A DNA stretch of 64,000 nt from Phoronis australis (Eukaryota > Animalia > Phoronida): NCBI GenBank assembly GCA_002633005.1, contig NMRA01000579.1, forward strand, positions 124,001 through 188,000, written 5' to 3'. Within the stretch, counting starts at the first letter, position 1. The number at the start of each line of letters is the position of its first letter. Below the pieces are notes generated by a model, which was given only the letters and a program-made list of their open reading frames with translations, searched no databases and was not told the DNA's origin. Below, piece by piece: positions 62,421 to 64,000 of the stretch. Made by a program: the position numbers and the translations under genes.

Positions 62421-64000
62421 TTTTTAACATTATCTTGCTAACCGACTCCGGCTTTCAAGCGGACCTTTATAGTCTCGAACCTAAATGTTATGCCGTTACG
62501 TTTAAAACTAACAATAACTTTTTCATGCGTTAGATGTGGTAAATTGTTGCAATTAAATCTTTAAAAACATTTAAAAGTCACAATTTTATCACAATTTTTG
62601 TTTGTGTTTTCTCTACCAAATTGGTAATTATTGAGAGTATCACTACTCAATCAATAGATGGCGCACACGTCTTATAGCAAAGATTTTATAGTTACAGTTT
62701 TTCTTTCGGGTGAGCATCATTGCCCACCCGTGACACCACGACGTATGTTTTATCATTGAAAATTAAACGACACTTTTTCACAGGGTCTAAATTTAACGTC
62801 TGTAATTGTTAAACCGCGAAAAATTGCCTAGCCGTTGGAAAACTTTCTGGCTAGTTGAAGAGCACTTTTTTACACTTTCCATGATGGTAGACTACACTTT
62901 TTAACTTCTCATAGTCAGAGTCGCGGGCACTTTTGTAGTAAGAAAACTGAAAAAAGTTAGACATGGTCAACCTAAGGATAAATATCTCTCTCTATCTCCC
63001 TTTCAAACTCGCGCCAATGCGCCAAAATAATGGTACGTCCGCGAGGTTTTTAACTATTTGAAACAGGCCAATGCACCTCACTGACATGGTAAAACCGGAG
63101 GTATGCTTTTAGGTATCGAGACCCGTTGGAGACCCCTGTTGTCAACAATGTTCGCTGTAGCAAAAGAAACTTCATCTAAGGGGCGGCCAGAGTTTGGAAT
63201 AGGCTTTCCTTCTGCGGTCAGTTCATTAGCTAGATCATCAAGATCTGCAGACTGCTATTAAAATCCTGGGACGAGGTCCGATGTAAATTTGTTACGTAGA
63301 AAAGTTTTATAAAATTGTAAACATTTTGTCAATTAATTAATTATTCATTGTTTCGTCTCTATCATGGTCCGTGAGACCAAGATGTGGGTTTGTACCTTAT
63401 TATGCTAATCGTGTAAACTGTGCCATTTGTAAAGTTTTTGTAACTTATTTCTTATTATTTACTTTATGTATTGTCTGTAATTTTACAACTAAGTTGGTCA
63501 GCGGAAAATCTTGTCTAAATTTTATGTTTTCGTTTCATTGTGTACTGACAAATAAAGATTATATTCTATATAATTGTATTCCACAGTTCTATCCTGAGAA
63601 GGTTGTTTTTTTTTCAAAAAACACGACTAAATTTCGGCGCATCTGAGCGTGCGAGCGGCGTCCCAAGGGGTAATAGGCACATCCGCGGGCCGTCTTCCAT
63701 GGAGGGGCAGGGGTCCTTGTCATCCGTAATGTGATGCCGCGGACGTGAAAGTAAGTTCATAAAAACTTAAAAAAGACAACTCATTTTCATAGTAGGTCTC
63801 TCCAATAGGGACCTTTTAAAGGGACCTCTACAGCCATGCGCGCACCCAGCCTTCAATATGGGGGGGCTCGAATTCCTGACTTTGTGGACCTTTTGATAAC
63901 AAAAAAGAGGGCGGACTAAAAAAAGGAGAAAAAAAAAACGGGAGCACCATTGTGAATTACGCGTTTGCGCATGTTTAATGGACTTATGCCTCATTTTCAC

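Noticed and set aside
62707-62730. GC-rich hairpin cgggtgagca-tcat-tgcccacccg as a terminator or Helitron end
   Set aside because: Eukaryotic context with no U-tract and no downstream CTRR. Too short to interpret.

Overview
AT-rich, intron-rich animal genomic DNA (a bilaterian invertebrate is my inference), not prokaryotic. Most short ORFs in the supplied track are noise. I reconstructed four spliced protein-coding genes by hand from GT-AG sites and codon phase. (1) The 3' part of an unidentified + strand gene with a long Ser/Arg/Asn-rich tail ending in ...ILTEL (381-4644). (2) A - strand ZNF532/ZNF592/ZNF687-family C2H2 gene with all its fingers in one 4.1-kb exon (8879-12996). (3) A complete + strand gene (17985-26239, 420/421 aa) encoding signal peptide + JmjC 2-oxoglutarate oxygenase with intact HxD...H + EF-hand + C-terminal KDEL. 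(4) A complete 13-exon - strand FRMD5/FRMD3-like FERM-FA-TM gene (32181-62420, 577 aa). The standout is the predicted ER-luminal JmjC/EF-hand enzyme. Its exon 2 exists as two diverged, phase-matched tandem copies only 35 nt apart, which fit mutually exclusive exons, and the second copy is absent from the ORF track. Also present: degenerate tandem copies of a FRMD5 exon end plus donor, CTCF-consensus motifs, several MITE-like elements, tRNA-derived SINE heads and minisatellites.
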